DNA from: an uncultured bacterium
GTDB lineage: Bacteria; Patescibacteriota; Gracilibacteria; UBA1369; PNNO01
Length of the DNA stretch: 32,000 nucleotides
Assembly (NCBI GenBank): GCA_963704705.1
Contig: OY969931.1
Location: 600,001 to 632,000 of the forward strand
Reading direction: 5' to 3'
Below the pieces are notes generated by a model, which ran no database searches, was not told where the DNA came from, and saw only the letters and a program-made list of their open reading frames with translations. The position numbers and the translations under genes were made by a program. Position 1 is the first letter of the stretch. The number at the start of each line of letters is the position of its first letter. Shown here in pieces: positions 10,552-20,240 of this stretch.

Positions 10552-10608
10552 GAGAGTCGGCTGGCAGCGTAAAAAACTGCCGGCCGCTCTCAAGCCCGAC
10601 TTGTTTTT
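10552..10608 (+). terminator. Probable terminator closing the second GC-rich segment
   Basis: Nested inverted repeats: agtcgg (10555-10560)/ccgact (10596-10601) around ctggcag/ctgccgg, followed by tgtttttct. Confidence 0.5.
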
Positions 10609-10643
10609 CTAAAAATACAAAGCTTTAAGTAGGTTTTTCTTTT

Positions 10644-11591
10644 TTATAGAGGTTCACCAAAGTTTTTTTCGAATCTTTTTGCGAATTCTTTCATTTTGAA
10701 ATTATGGCTTTGCGTACCGCTGTTTTCAATTACAAAAGCGCTAACTAAAGCACCAACCTTACATGATTTAACATGGTCATAACCTTTAATTATTCCTGAA
10801 AGCAGGCCGGCCCTGAATGCGTCTCCGCAACCTGTGGGGTCAGCTATTTGTGTTGGTTTAGCGATAGGAATGTGATGTTCTTCGCTGCCTTCTCTTAAAA
10901 TTGAACCCTTTTCGCCCTTTGTTTCAATAAAAAAGTGAACATTATTAACAATATCATCAATATTGTAATTTAATCTTTTACATAAAAGTTCGGTTTCGTA
11001 GTGATTGGCAATATAACCAAATGCATTTTTAAGCAAAAACCTTAGATCATCCAGATCAAAAGCAGGTGTCATCTGTCCTGGATCAAAAATATAAGGAATT
11101 TCCGCTTCTTTAAGTCTATGTGCAAGTTTTACAGTTCTCTTACAAATATCCGGTGATAAAATAGCTATTTCAATATCCAATAAATCAACTTCTGTAAGTT
11201 CTACTTCATCTTCAATACTTTCCATAGCACCCGGAGCAAAAAAAGTGATTTGGTTTTCTTTATCATCAGTCAAAAGATAAGCAGTAGCAGTAAACTGATC
11301 TCTTGCTTTGCCTATATGTTTTATTGAAATTTTGTTCTTTTTAAGCCATTTTTCGTAATCTATAAAATCCATTCCAGATACTCCGTATAAAAGTGGATTA
11401 ACATCCAGCATTTTTAGGCTGTAAGCGATATTTCCGCCACAACCACCAAAATGCACAACTTTATCACGTGCAGTAAATGCTATATTTAAATGATCAAGAT
11501 GTTCTTTAAGCAAAGCATCACTAAAAACACCTTTGTAGCGCATAATATAATCGTATGCAATAGAGCCACTAACAAAGATTTTACTTCTCAT
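10644..11591 (-). CDS. PfkB-family carbohydrate/adenosine kinase
   Basis: 315 aa; GGCGGNIAYSLKMLDV near the N-terminus and PfkB signature DPTGCGDAFRAGLLSG. Confidence 0.85.
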   Translation of the reverse strand: MRSKIFVSGSIAYDYIMRYKGVFSDALLKEHLDHLNIAFTARDKVVHFGGCGGNIAYSLKMLDVNPLLYGVSGMDFIDYEKWLKKNKISIKHIGKARDQFTATAYLLTDDKENQITFFAPGAMESIEDEVELTEVDLLDIEIAILSPDICKRTVKLAHRLKEAEIPYIFDPGQMTPAFDLDDLRFLLKNAFGYIANHYETELLCKRLNYNIDDIVNNVHFFIETKGEKGSILREGSEEHHIPIAKPTQIADPTGCGDAFRAGLLSGIIKGYDHVKSCKVGALVSAFVIENSGTQSHNFKMKEFAKRFEKNFGEPL

Positions 11592-11598
11592 ATTAGAA

Positions 11599-12393
11599 TT
11601 ATTTAGTTGGAATTGGGGTATCTGAATATTTAGGCATTTTTTCTTTTAAATCCTGCTGTTTGCGGCCTTCATAATTTTGTTCAATATGAATATCGCGCGC
11701 AATAACACCTGCTCTGAATAAACTTTCAAAAGTTCCGGCATCAGTCCATCTCTTTTTTAAAACAGTTGCTGTTAACTGTGCTTTTTGAATGTAGGCGTTA
11801 TTTACATCAGTAATTTCATATTCACCTCTGTTTGAAGGTGACAGTCCCGAAATTATATCAAAAACCTGATTGTCATATAAATATAAACCTGTTACAGCAT
11901 AGTTTGATTTTGGTTGTTTAGGTTTTTCTTCAATTCCAACTACTTTTTTGCCTTTTAATTCAGCAACTCCAAATCTAAATGAATCTTCAAGTTCTTTAAT
12001 AAAAATATGGGCACCTTTTTGATTTTCGAATTCTTTAATATGTTTACTTAAGTTTTCTTCAAAGACATTGTCACCTAAAATAACTGCGAAATTGTCTTCT
12101 CCTACAAAGTTTTTAACAAGACCTACTGCATGCGCAATGCCTTCAGCTTTTTCTTGTACTCTAAATTGCAAATTGCATCCATATTGTTTGCCGTCTCCGA
12201 GTAATTGTAAAAATGAACCTGCGTGTTTAGGGCCTGACACAATTAAAATATCTCTTATCCCTGCCTGGGTTAGTGTTTGCAGAGGATGAAAAATCATTGG
12301 TTTGTTGTAGATAGGAAGTAAATGTTTGTTTGTTACTTCGGTAAGTGGTTTTAAACGATTTCCCTGTCCTCCTGCGAGAATTACACCTTTCAT
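11599..12393 (-). CDS. rfbA: Glucose-1-phosphate thymidylyltransferase
   Basis: MKGVILAGGQGNRLKPLTEVTNKHLLPIYNKPMI nucleotidyltransferase signature and GDNVF metal-binding motif. Confidence 0.9.
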   Translation of the reverse strand: MKGVILAGGQGNRLKPLTEVTNKHLLPIYNKPMIFHPLQTLTQAGIRDILIVSGPKHAGSFLQLLGDGKQYGCNLQFRVQEKAEGIAHAVGLVKNFVGEDNFAVILGDNVFEENLSKHIKEFENQKGAHIFIKELEDSFRFGVAELKGKKVVGIEEKPKQPKSNYAVTGLYLYDNQVFDIISGLSPSNRGEYEITDVNNAYIQKAQLTATVLKKRWTDAGTFESLFRAGVIARDIHIEQNYEGRKQQDLKEKMPKYSDTPIPTK

Positions 12394-12395
12394 TT

Positions 12396-13253
12396 TTATA
12401 TTTTATTAAGATAATCTTTTAGAGCTTCTTCATGTGATCTTAAGTGGGGCAGTTTTGTATTGTGCAGAATTGAAATCTGCGGTCTTTTTGCCGGCCGGTT
12501 GAGCTCTCCTGAATTAATGCTCACTAAGTCTACCCCAGTTAAATTTTTTAAATCAAATATTTTTTTTGCAAATTCATACCACGAAGTGCTATTTTCGTTT
12601 ACCAGATGGTAAATTCCGCTTGAATAGCCCGTTTTCACAAAATCCAAAATTCCATTTGCAAGATCAACAGTATATGTTGGTTTACCAAATTGGTCGTTCA
12701 CAACCTGAATTTGACGACCTTCATCAGCGAGTTTTAGCATTGTTTTTACAAAGTTCTGTCCATGCATTCCAAATAGCCATGAAGTTCTGATAATAAAAAA
12801 ATTATCTGTATTTTCCTGAATCATTTTTTCTCCCAGAAGCTTTGATTCACCGTATGTATTAATAGGGGAGGTAACATCATCTTCTTTGTATCCTTCCTTT
12901 TTGGTACCGTCAAAAACATAATCTGTACTAAAATACATTAAATTGGCATCAATTTCTTTGCATTTTTCAGCTAAAAATTTGTTTGCGTAGCCATTTACCT
13001 GCATAACGAAATTCTGCTTTGCTTCACATTCATCAACATAAGTAAATCCGGCAGCGTTTATAACCAAATTTGGCCTAAAATCATTTAAAATCTGCCATAC
13101 AGATTCTTCATTTGTTATATCTAGTTCATCTCGGCTCGTTGAATAGAAATCAAATTCTTTGGATTCTTTAAATACAGAATTAATTTCAGTGCCCAGTAGC
13201 CCGTTTTTACCTATTAAAAGGATTTTCATCAGACACGAGTTAATTGTTGGCAA
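12396..13253 (-). CDS. rfbD: dTDP-4-dehydrorhamnose reductase family protein
   Basis: GKNGLLGTEI Rossmann motif, NAAGFTYVDECE, YFSTDYVFDGTK and YGESKLLGE (YxxxK); order typical of RmlD. Confidence 0.9.
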   Translation of the reverse strand: MPTINSCLMKILLIGKNGLLGTEINSVFKESKEFDFYSTSRDELDITNEESVWQILNDFRPNLVINAAGFTYVDECEAKQNFVMQVNGYANKFLAEKCKEIDANLMYFSTDYVFDGTKKEGYKEDDVTSPINTYGESKLLGEKMIQENTDNFFIIRTSWLFGMHGQNFVKTMLKLADEGRQIQVVNDQFGKPTYTVDLANGILDFVKTGYSSGIYHLVNENSTSWYEFAKKIFDLKNLTGVDLVSINSGELNRPAKRPQISILHNTKLPHLRSHEEALKDYLNKI

Positions 13254-14946
13254 ATTTTTTAATTTCGTTAATTAATTTATCTATTTTAACATTTTTAGCT
13301 TCTTTTTCAGTTCGCTCTTTCCATTCAACACTGTTTTCAGCAATTGTTCTTTTGCTGATTACAATTCTAAGTGGCAATCCAATCAAATCAGCATCATTTA
13401 ATTTAAGTCCAGGACTGGCATCACGATCATCAAAAAGAACTTCAATATTCTCATTATTCATATTTTCATAAAGTTTCTGCGCAATAGTCTGCACCTCGTC
13501 ATCTTCGCCAATTGTAATCAAATACACCAAGTAAGGAGCAATGGTTTTTGGCCAGATTATTCCTTTATCATCATGTGATGCTTCTACGATTGTTCCTAAA
13601 AGCCTTGTTGAACCGATTCCATAACAACCCATAATAACGGGCTTTTTCTTGCCATCCTGATCAGTGAAGCTAAGATCAAAATCATCACTGTATCGTGTGC
13701 CGAGTTTAAAAATATTACCTGCTTCAACAGCTTTTTCTTCTTCAAGCTGAGTATCACATTTAGGACACATAAATCCGCCTTTAACCTCAACGAAATCAGC
13801 AAAATCTTTAACTTCAAAATCACGGCCTATATTTATATTTTTCCAGTCTTTATTTAATTCATTTGCGCCAGATTCGAAATTTTTCATTTCTTTAATAGAA
13901 AAATCACCAATAAATGAGATTTTGTTATTTGGCTTGCCATCAGCCAAAACAGGGGATATAAATCCTTCGACAAGCCCTAATTGTTTAAGCTCTTCAGATG
14001 TAGCTATTCTGACATGTTTTTTAAAATATCTTTCTAATTTTTCAAGATTCACATTAAAGTCTCCACGTATTAAAATAGCGACAGGACCTTCATCTTCAAC
14101 CATATAAACTACTGATTTTAAAATTCGAAATTCATCGATTTCAAGTTTTTTAGCTGCATCTTTGATTGTTTTATCCCGTTCAATATCTATCAATTCGCGT
14201 TTTTTCTCTTTTTCATCTGATGTAGGATTATCGTATTTGCCTTCTGCAATTTCCAGATTTTGTGCAAATTTACATTTAGGACAGTAAATCATTGTATCTT
14301 CACCTGCATCGGTTTTTATTGAGAATTCATGTGAAATTTTATCTGTAAAAGCTCCACCCGAAGCTTCAATAATATAAGCATCCAATCCACATCTCGAATA
14401 AACATTTAAGTATGCTTCAATAACTTTATTGTAATATTCATCTAAGTCTTCTTCTGAAGTGTGAAAACTGTACATGTCTTTCATCCCAAATTCGCGTCCT
14501 CTTAATAATCCTGATTTTGCGCGTGGTTCGTTGCGAAATTTGGTTTGTAACTGATAAACGCATAAAGGCAGATCTTTATAACTTTGAATTTGTTTTTTTG
14601 CCAAAGGTGTTACTGTTTCTTCATGACTTGGCCCTAAAACAAAGTCTTTTTCACCTGATTTTAATCTATATAAAACATCAAATGTATTTATTCTGCCTGT
14701 TGTTTCCCATAATTCAACTGGTTGAAGTGCAGGCATTAATATTTCCTGCGCGCCAACAGCATTCATTTCTTCACGAATAATTGTGTTGATTTTATGCATC
14801 GATCGCATTCCAAGCGGAAGATAGTTGTAAATTCCAGCTGCAACTTTATCTATAAATCCTGCTTTAGTTAAAAGCTCAGCATTTATACTGTTAGAATCAT
14901 GTGGAGTTTCATGTTTAGTACGCCCGAAAAATTTAGAATATCGCAT
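13240..14946 (-). CDS. proS: Prolyl-tRNA synthetase (bacterial type with insertion domain)
   Basis: GMRSMHKINTIIREEMNAVGAQEILMPALQP, TKFRNEPRAKSGLLRGREFGMKDMYSFH and CYGIGSTRLLGTIVEASHDDKGIIWP. Confidence 0.95.
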   Translation of the reverse strand: MRYSKFFGRTKHETPHDSNSINAELLTKAGFIDKVAAGIYNYLPLGMRSMHKINTIIREEMNAVGAQEILMPALQPVELWETTGRINTFDVLYRLKSGEKDFVLGPSHEETVTPLAKKQIQSYKDLPLCVYQLQTKFRNEPRAKSGLLRGREFGMKDMYSFHTSEEDLDEYYNKVIEAYLNVYSRCGLDAYIIEASGGAFTDKISHEFSIKTDAGEDTMIYCPKCKFAQNLEIAEGKYDNPTSDEKEKKRELIDIERDKTIKDAAKKLEIDEFRILKSVVYMVEDEGPVAILIRGDFNVNLEKLERYFKKHVRIATSEELKQLGLVEGFISPVLADGKPNNKISFIGDFSIKEMKNFESGANELNKDWKNINIGRDFEVKDFADFVEVKGGFMCPKCDTQLEEEKAVEAGNIFKLGTRYSDDFDLSFTDQDGKKKPVIMGCYGIGSTRLLGTIVEASHDDKGIIWPKTIAPYLVYLITIGEDDEVQTIAQKLYENMNNENIEVLFDDRDASPGLKLNDADLIGLPLRIVISKRTIAENSVEWKERTEKEAKNVKIDKLINEIKKFANN

Positions 14947-14959
14947 CTTTTAGGTTAAA

Positions 14960-15997
14960 TTAAGGTCTTGAAGTGGGTAAAGGTTTATCACTTGTTTTTT
15001 CATGTTTGCGTTCCTGTGCTTTATCAATAAGTTTCTCCCACCACTCTTTATGTGTTTCATACCAATCAAAGGTTTTCGCTATTCCTTCTTCAAAGGTAAC
15101 CTCGGGTTCCCAGCCGATTTCTTTTTTCATTTTACTTGCATCAATCGCATAACGTCTGTCATGAGCCTTACGGTCATCAACAAACATAATCTTATTTTCG
15201 TCTTTTTCTAAAAATTTAAGTATTAATTTTGTGATTTCCAGGTTAGATTTTTCAAAATTACCACCGATATTATATACTTCACCAGGTTTACCTTTTTCCA
15301 AAATCATATCAATGGCACGACAATGATCGGTTACATAAAGCCAATCCCGAACATTTTTACCGTCTCCATAAACAGGTAGTTTTTGATCTTCGGATGCCAG
15401 TCTGAAAAAATAAGGAATTAGTTTTTCAGGAAATTGATATGGTCCGTAATTATTTGAACATCTGCTAATTGTTAATGGCATTTTAAATGTTTCATAATAT
15501 GATCTCACCAGAAGGTCAGCTGCTGCTTTGCTTGCAGCATAAGGACAATTAGGTGAAATTGGTGTTTTTTCAGTAAATTTATTGTCATTATCAAGCCCTA
15601 AATCACCATAAACTTCATCAGTTGAAACCTGATGGTATCTTGAGACTTCATTTGCACGGCATGCATCAAGCAAAGTTTGAGTTCCAACAATATTTGTCAT
15701 TGTAAAAGCACTTGGCGTTTCAATACTTCTATCTACATGTGTTTCAGCTGCAAAATTTACAACAGTGTCGAATTTTTCTCTTTCAAAAAGTTTATTTACC
15801 ATTGGAACATCAGCAATATCACCAAGCATAAACCAAAACCTTTCATTATTATCCAGGTCTTTTAAATTATCCATGTTCCCTGCGTAAGTAAGGCGATCCA
15901 AAACAATCACCATATCTTTAGGGTGTTTTTTAAGATAATAATGCGTGAAATTTGAACCTATAAATCCGGCACCGCCGGTAACTAATACTTTTTTCAT
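14960..15997 (-). CDS. rfbB: dTDP-glucose 4,6-dehydratase
   Basis: TGGAGFIGSNFTHYYL, AAETHVDRSI, STDEVYGDLG, YAASKAAAD and SRCSNNYGPYQFPEKLIP. Confidence 0.95.
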   Translation of the reverse strand: MKKVLVTGGAGFIGSNFTHYYLKKHPKDMVIVLDRLTYAGNMDNLKDLDNNERFWFMLGDIADVPMVNKLFEREKFDTVVNFAAETHVDRSIETPSAFTMTNIVGTQTLLDACRANEVSRYHQVSTDEVYGDLGLDNDNKFTEKTPISPNCPYAASKAAADLLVRSYYETFKMPLTISRCSNNYGPYQFPEKLIPYFFRLASEDQKLPVYGDGKNVRDWLYVTDHCRAIDMILEKGKPGEVYNIGGNFEKSNLEITKLILKFLEKDENKIMFVDDRKAHDRRYAIDASKMKKEIGWEPEVTFEEGIAKTFDWYETHKEWWEKLIDKAQERKHEKTSDKPLPTSRP

Positions 15998-16063
15998 AAG
16001 ATACGAACGTTAGTGAGTATCTGGCGAGCAAAAACTTATTGCGAGCCATAGCGTGAGCCCCGC

Positions 16064-16462
16064 TTAGCGGGGTGAACTCAGTTTCAAGAATTTATCGAAA
16101 TCTCTTACATAATCAGATGGGTCGTAATTAGTTGACGACACTGCCAGTAGAATAGCATCTTCTGAAAAATCTGTGAACTCATGCCATATCATATTATCTA
16201 CATAAATTGCATTATCAGGACCTTTTAGCTTATGTTCCTGCCAATCTTTGCCATCATGCACTCTCGCGGTAATTTCACCGCGCGGACAAATAAAAAGTTC
16301 TTTTTCAGTTCTGTGCGCATGACCTCCTCTTGTTTCTTTGTTATTAAATGCATAATAAACACGCTTTGGTTCCCAATCTATATAATCCTTAAGTTCAATA
16401 GGAACCAGTTGACCGCGTTCATCAGTAAATAGAGGAAGATTGTAAGTTTGAATTTTGTTCAT
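16064..16462 (-). CDS. WxcM/FdtA-like sugar 3,4-ketoisomerase
   Basis: DERGQLVPIE...KRVYYAF...RGGHAHRTEKELFICPRGEITARVHDG cupin pattern of the FdtA/QdtA family. Confidence 0.75.
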   Translation of the reverse strand: MNKIQTYNLPLFTDERGQLVPIELKDYIDWEPKRVYYAFNNKETRGGHAHRTEKELFICPRGEITARVHDGKDWQEHKLKGPDNAIYVDNMIWHEFTDFSEDAILLAVSSTNYDPSDYVRDFDKFLKLSSPR

Positions 16463-16465
16463 GAT

Positions 16466-18556
16466 TTAAAGTGTGCGTATTGTCTTTTCTAATTTATATA
16501 CTTCCAAAATATCACCTTCCTGAACATCATGTTTACCTTTTAATTTAATTCCGCATTCATTATCAGCTTTAATTTCATCAACCGCTTCTTTTACCCTTTT
16601 TAATGAATCTATTTCAACTTCTTCAACCTTTTCACCATCACGTATTAATCTTGCTTTTGCCCCTTTTTGAATTTTTCCGTTAGTAACCTTACAACCAATG
16701 ATCATCTCTTTTTTACCACTAAAGAACACTTGTTTAACTTCAGCTTTACCAAGGTCAACTTCAACAATCTCAGGTTCAATAAGACCTGCTAAAAGTTTAG
16801 TAATATCTTCAATTAATTTGTAAATAATTGTGTATTTAAGAATATCAACATTTTCACGTTCAGCTGTTTTATCAACTTGTGCAGGAACATCCACATGGAA
16901 GCCAATAACAATTCCGGTGCTTGCACTAGCCATAATTACGTCGCCTTCAGTCACGTTGCCAACTCCTGAGTGGATAACTTTAATCGCTACTTCTTCATCT
17001 TTTATTTTTTCTAAAGCTTGCAGAATTGCTTCGAGTGAACCTTTTGTATCAGCTTTAATAACTAACTTTAATGTTTTTAATTTACCGCTTACGATTTGGG
17101 CAAGAATATCTTTTGGTCCAAATCCCGCATGAAGTTCATTCTTTTTTAATAATGCTATTTTTTGAGCCTGAGTTCTTGCGGTTTTTTCATCTTTAACAAC
17201 CTGTAAAATATCTCCACTGTGAGGTGAAGCTGAAAGTCCGGCTACCAATACAGGAGTGGAAGGTTCGGCTTTTTTCATGTTCTTGCCATTGTGGTCTTTC
17301 ATCACTTTTATTCGTCCGTAAGTTTCACCGATTACAACATTATCCATTATTTTTAAAGTACCTGTATTTATTAAGACAGTTGCAACCGGTCCTAAATTTT
17401 TATCCAAATGTGATTCGATAACAGTACCAACCGCAGCTCTGTTCGGATTCGCTTTTAGATCTTCCATTTCAGCAACTATAAGAATCATATCCAACAGATT
17501 CTCCATTCCTTCACCGGTAATTGCAGAAACAGGTGCCATAATTGTTTTTCCGCCCCAATCTTCTGGCTGCAAATCGTGTTCTGCCAGTTCAGCTTTTACT
17601 CTTTCAGGATTAGCATTTTCTTTATCGATTTTATTTATAGCAACAATTATAGGAATACCAGCAGCTCTTGCATGATTGATTGCCTCTATTGTCTGGGGTT
17701 TAACTCCTTCATCAGCAGCAACCACTAAAATTGCAATATCAGTGGCTTTTGCACCTCTTGCACGCATGGCAGTGAAGGCTTCATGTCCTGGAGTATCTAG
17801 AAATGTAATTTTTTTCCCATTTCTTTCAACCTGATATGCACCGATATGCTGCGTAATACCACCTGATTCAGTTGCTACTACATTTGATTTCCGAATATAA
17901 TCAAGAATTTTTGTTTTACCATGATCAACATGCCCCATAATGCTAATTACAGGTGGCCTTTCAACTAAATCCGATTTTTCATCTTCTTTTAATAATTGGT
18001 TTAAATTTCCTGACATTAAATCTTCAATTGATGCTTCGTCCCTGATTTTTTTGATTTTTAATCCCAAATCTGCGGCAATAATAGAAGCAGTATCAAAATC
18101 AATTTGTTGGTTAATGTTTGCGAGAATCCCGTTTTTCATAAGTTCACCGATTACTTTTGCAGCGTTTAGACCGGTTTTTTCAGCAAATTCTTTAACTGAA
18201 ATTACAGCAGGAATTTCAATTGCCTTGCCTTTTTCAACTTTTTCTTCAGGTTGTTTCTTTTCTTCTTCTTTCCTTTTTTCCTTGCCTGAATCTTTTCCAG
18301 CTGTTTTTTTTCTTTGTTTTTTAATTATTTCACGATCCAGTTCTTTATCATAAATTTCTTCATAAACTTTTGCGGCACTTTTATCTGTATCTTCATCTTT
18401 ATTTCCCTGTAATTCATCCGTTACGAGTTCTGCAATGTCATCTTCAATTGTTCTTGCATTTGTTTTTACTTCAAATCCAAGCTCATTTATCTTTTCTTTG
18501 AGCTCCTTGGGGCTAATGCCCAACTTTTCTGCAACATCTTTAATTTTTTGTGACAT
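16466..18556 (-). CDS. infB: Translation initiation factor IF-2
   Basis: 696 aa; [53 protein letters not shown] and IF2_N-like N-terminus. Confidence 0.97.
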   Translation of the reverse strand: MSQKIKDVAEKLGISPKELKEKINELGFEVKTNARTIEDDIAELVTDELQGNKDEDTDKSAAKVYEEIYDKELDREIIKKQRKKTAGKDSGKEKRKEEEKKQPEEKVEKGKAIEIPAVISVKEFAEKTGLNAAKVIGELMKNGILANINQQIDFDTASIIAADLGLKIKKIRDEASIEDLMSGNLNQLLKEDEKSDLVERPPVISIMGHVDHGKTKILDYIRKSNVVATESGGITQHIGAYQVERNGKKITFLDTPGHEAFTAMRARGAKATDIAILVVAADEGVKPQTIEAINHARAAGIPIIVAINKIDKENANPERVKAELAEHDLQPEDWGGKTIMAPVSAITGEGMENLLDMILIVAEMEDLKANPNRAAVGTVIESHLDKNLGPVATVLINTGTLKIMDNVVIGETYGRIKVMKDHNGKNMKKAEPSTPVLVAGLSASPHSGDILQVVKDEKTARTQAQKIALLKKNELHAGFGPKDILAQIVSGKLKTLKLVIKADTKGSLEAILQALEKIKDEEVAIKVIHSGVGNVTEGDVIMASASTGIVIGFHVDVPAQVDKTAERENVDILKYTIIYKLIEDITKLLAGLIEPEIVEVDLGKAEVKQVFFSGKKEMIIGCKVTNGKIQKGAKARLIRDGEKVEEVEIDSLKRVKEAVDEIKADNECGIKLKGKHDVQEGDILEVYKLEKTIRTL

Positions 18557-18624
18557 ACGAAAAAAGCTTTAGTTAGCTTAAATGCGAGTGTTAGTTTACG
18601 TGCAAAAGCTTTAAAAGTAAAGGT

Positions 18625-19713
18625 TTAATTCAGTAATTTCTCTTGTTGTGCAGGCGAAGACAAAGATTCAACCTGACTTAGCTTATCAGCAAATCTTGTG
18701 AGTTTTTTCTCTGAATTTTCAAAGCTTCCTCTTGCATGAGTTATATGTTTTCCAACAAGAGTAAAATCATCACCGAATTTTTCAAAATCACCCCTTAACC
18801 TTGATAGAGAAGTGAGAATTTCGCCTGCCTTTTTTTCAATTTGGAAACCTTTAAGACCGATTAAAATTGTTTGAAGGTAAACATAAAAGGTGTTTGGAGA
18901 AACAGGTATAACTTTTTTAGAGAAAGCATAATTAGTTAAATCAGTATTATCATCACTGTTTTTGATTATAATCTCATAATAAACGTTTTCAGCAGGTACA
19001 TACATTAAAGCAAAATCAAATGTTCCTTCATCAGGTAAAATATATTTTGAACTAATCTCATCAATTCGTTTTTTTACATCGCTGATGAATGTTTTTCTGA
19101 TTGCTGCTCGTTGTTTCTCATCGGTTTCTTCATACATTTTCCTGAAATTTTCCAATGGAAATTTTGAGTCAACCGGAATTAAATGATTATCACGTACATG
19201 AATTACAGCATCAACTGTATCACCGGTTTTAAAAGAATATTGCATTGAATAGTTTTCTCTCGGGAAAATTTGAGCAAGCAAATCACTTAAAAACAATTCT
19301 CCAAGACCGCCACGAAGTTTTGGCGCTTTTAATAATTCCTGCAATGAAGATATATCTTTACCAACTTCAAATATTTTTTTATTGCCTTCTTCAATTTTTG
19401 ATAACCTCGCTGTTACTGTATTTACTGCTTTTGCAGCTGTATCAAGCCTTTCTCCGACTGTTTGATGCTGTCTTTGTAAAACTGTAGTGTTTTCTTTTAA
19501 TCTTTCATTCACCTGCTTTGTAACTTCCGTTAATTGCTGAAGAACATTTTGAGTAACATTATTCAAATTGGTTGTCATGTTCTGATTCAAATCATCAAGT
19601 CTTTTATGGTAACCTGAATCATTGCCGCCATTTAATTTATTTTGAAAATAAAAAAATAAGCCGATTAATGCGCCGACCAAAAGCAAGATTATAACTATTA
19701 GCACTGTTTCCAT
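18625..19713 (-). CDS. rmuC: DNA recombination protein RmuC
   Basis: N-terminal TM and coiled coil, then LKAPKLRGGLGELFLSDLLAQIFP and HLIPVDSKFPLENF typical of RmuC. Confidence 0.9.
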   Translation of the reverse strand: METVLIVIILLLVGALIGLFFYFQNKLNGGNDSGYHKRLDDLNQNMTTNLNNVTQNVLQQLTEVTKQVNERLKENTTVLQRQHQTVGERLDTAAKAVNTVTARLSKIEEGNKKIFEVGKDISSLQELLKAPKLRGGLGELFLSDLLAQIFPRENYSMQYSFKTGDTVDAVIHVRDNHLIPVDSKFPLENFRKMYEETDEKQRAAIRKTFISDVKKRIDEISSKYILPDEGTFDFALMYVPAENVYYEIIIKNSDDNTDLTNYAFSKKVIPVSPNTFYVYLQTILIGLKGFQIEKKAGEILTSLSRLRGDFEKFGDDFTLVGKHITHARGSFENSEKKLTRFADKLSQVESLSSPAQQEKLLN

Positions 19714-19767
19714 AATATTTAACTTAATTAGAAATCTATAATAATGGAAAAATCATTAAAAAAGTAC

Positions 19768-19796
19768 TTGATTTATTTTTTGGAATGTGGCATAAT
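19768..19796 (+). promoter_or_regulatory. Promoter for the candidate structured RNA
   Basis: TTGATT (19768-19773), 17-nt spacer, CATAAT (19791-19796) preceded by TGG (extended -10). Confidence 0.5.
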
Positions 19797-19802
19797 ATAG
19801 GT

Positions 19803-20240
19803 ACAAAAGAAAAATAAATATAGAAGATCATTAAAATACAGCATTTAGAACACATACTTCTGGGAGGAACGGATCCTTAAGGGAGGAGCTTTGTTGGCCT
19901 TTATTTAAGATCAACGGCCACGGTACCTTGAGGATCCCTTTCTCCCCGAAGATGCAGATAGCCTTATTCATTTTTTCACTTCGGTGATTTAATGATTTGC
20001 GTCTCTCTCTTACCTCTTTGATACTTCTTGTTTTTCTTTCCTCGGAAAGATTAACTTTTTGCTCCTTTCATTCTTCGGAATGCAATTAGCATCTTGTATC
20101 ACTCTGGTAAGAGATGGAAACTTTTTGATACCTTTATGCCTTATCCTTCGGGAAATTGCATTTTGGTACCATGGAGTTTCTTATGACTTCGGTCATACGA
20201 GGTGCTTTTTAGGCCCTCTAACTCTTTGGGGAGTTTTTTT
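19803..20240 (+). ncRNA. Candidate large structured non-coding RNA, family not recognised
   Basis: Helices by inspection: gggag/ctccc (19862-66/19942-46); ggatccttaagg/ccttgaggatcc (19871-82/19926-37); 9 bp 19951-59/19995-20003; perfect 9 bp tctcttacc/ggtaagaga (20006-14/20106-14); gatac/gtatc (20020-24/20096-100); cattc-TTCG-gaatg (20069-82); 20127-20170 hairpin with TTCG loop; tatgac-TTCG-gtcata (20182-97); 3' aactc/gagtt (20220-24/20231-35) with seven T. Boundaries approximate. Confidence 0.65.
20220..20240 (+). terminator. Rho-independent terminator of the candidate RNA
   Basis: aactc-tttggg-gagtt followed by a T7 run (20234-20240); short stem. Confidence 0.5.

Noticed and set aside
1-10608. 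Mobile element (transposon, integron or phage) carrying the GC-rich genes
   Set aside because: No transposase, integrase, phage gene, tRNA attachment site or convincing terminal repeats at the junctions. Only a short TTGTTATCG tandem at 9661-9680 was seen, which is insufficient.
19803-20240. Assignment of the structured RNA as tmRNA, RNase P RNA, SRP RNA or 6S RNA
   Set aside because: The hallmark conserved strings were not found on either strand by eye. Left unassigned pending covariance-model search.
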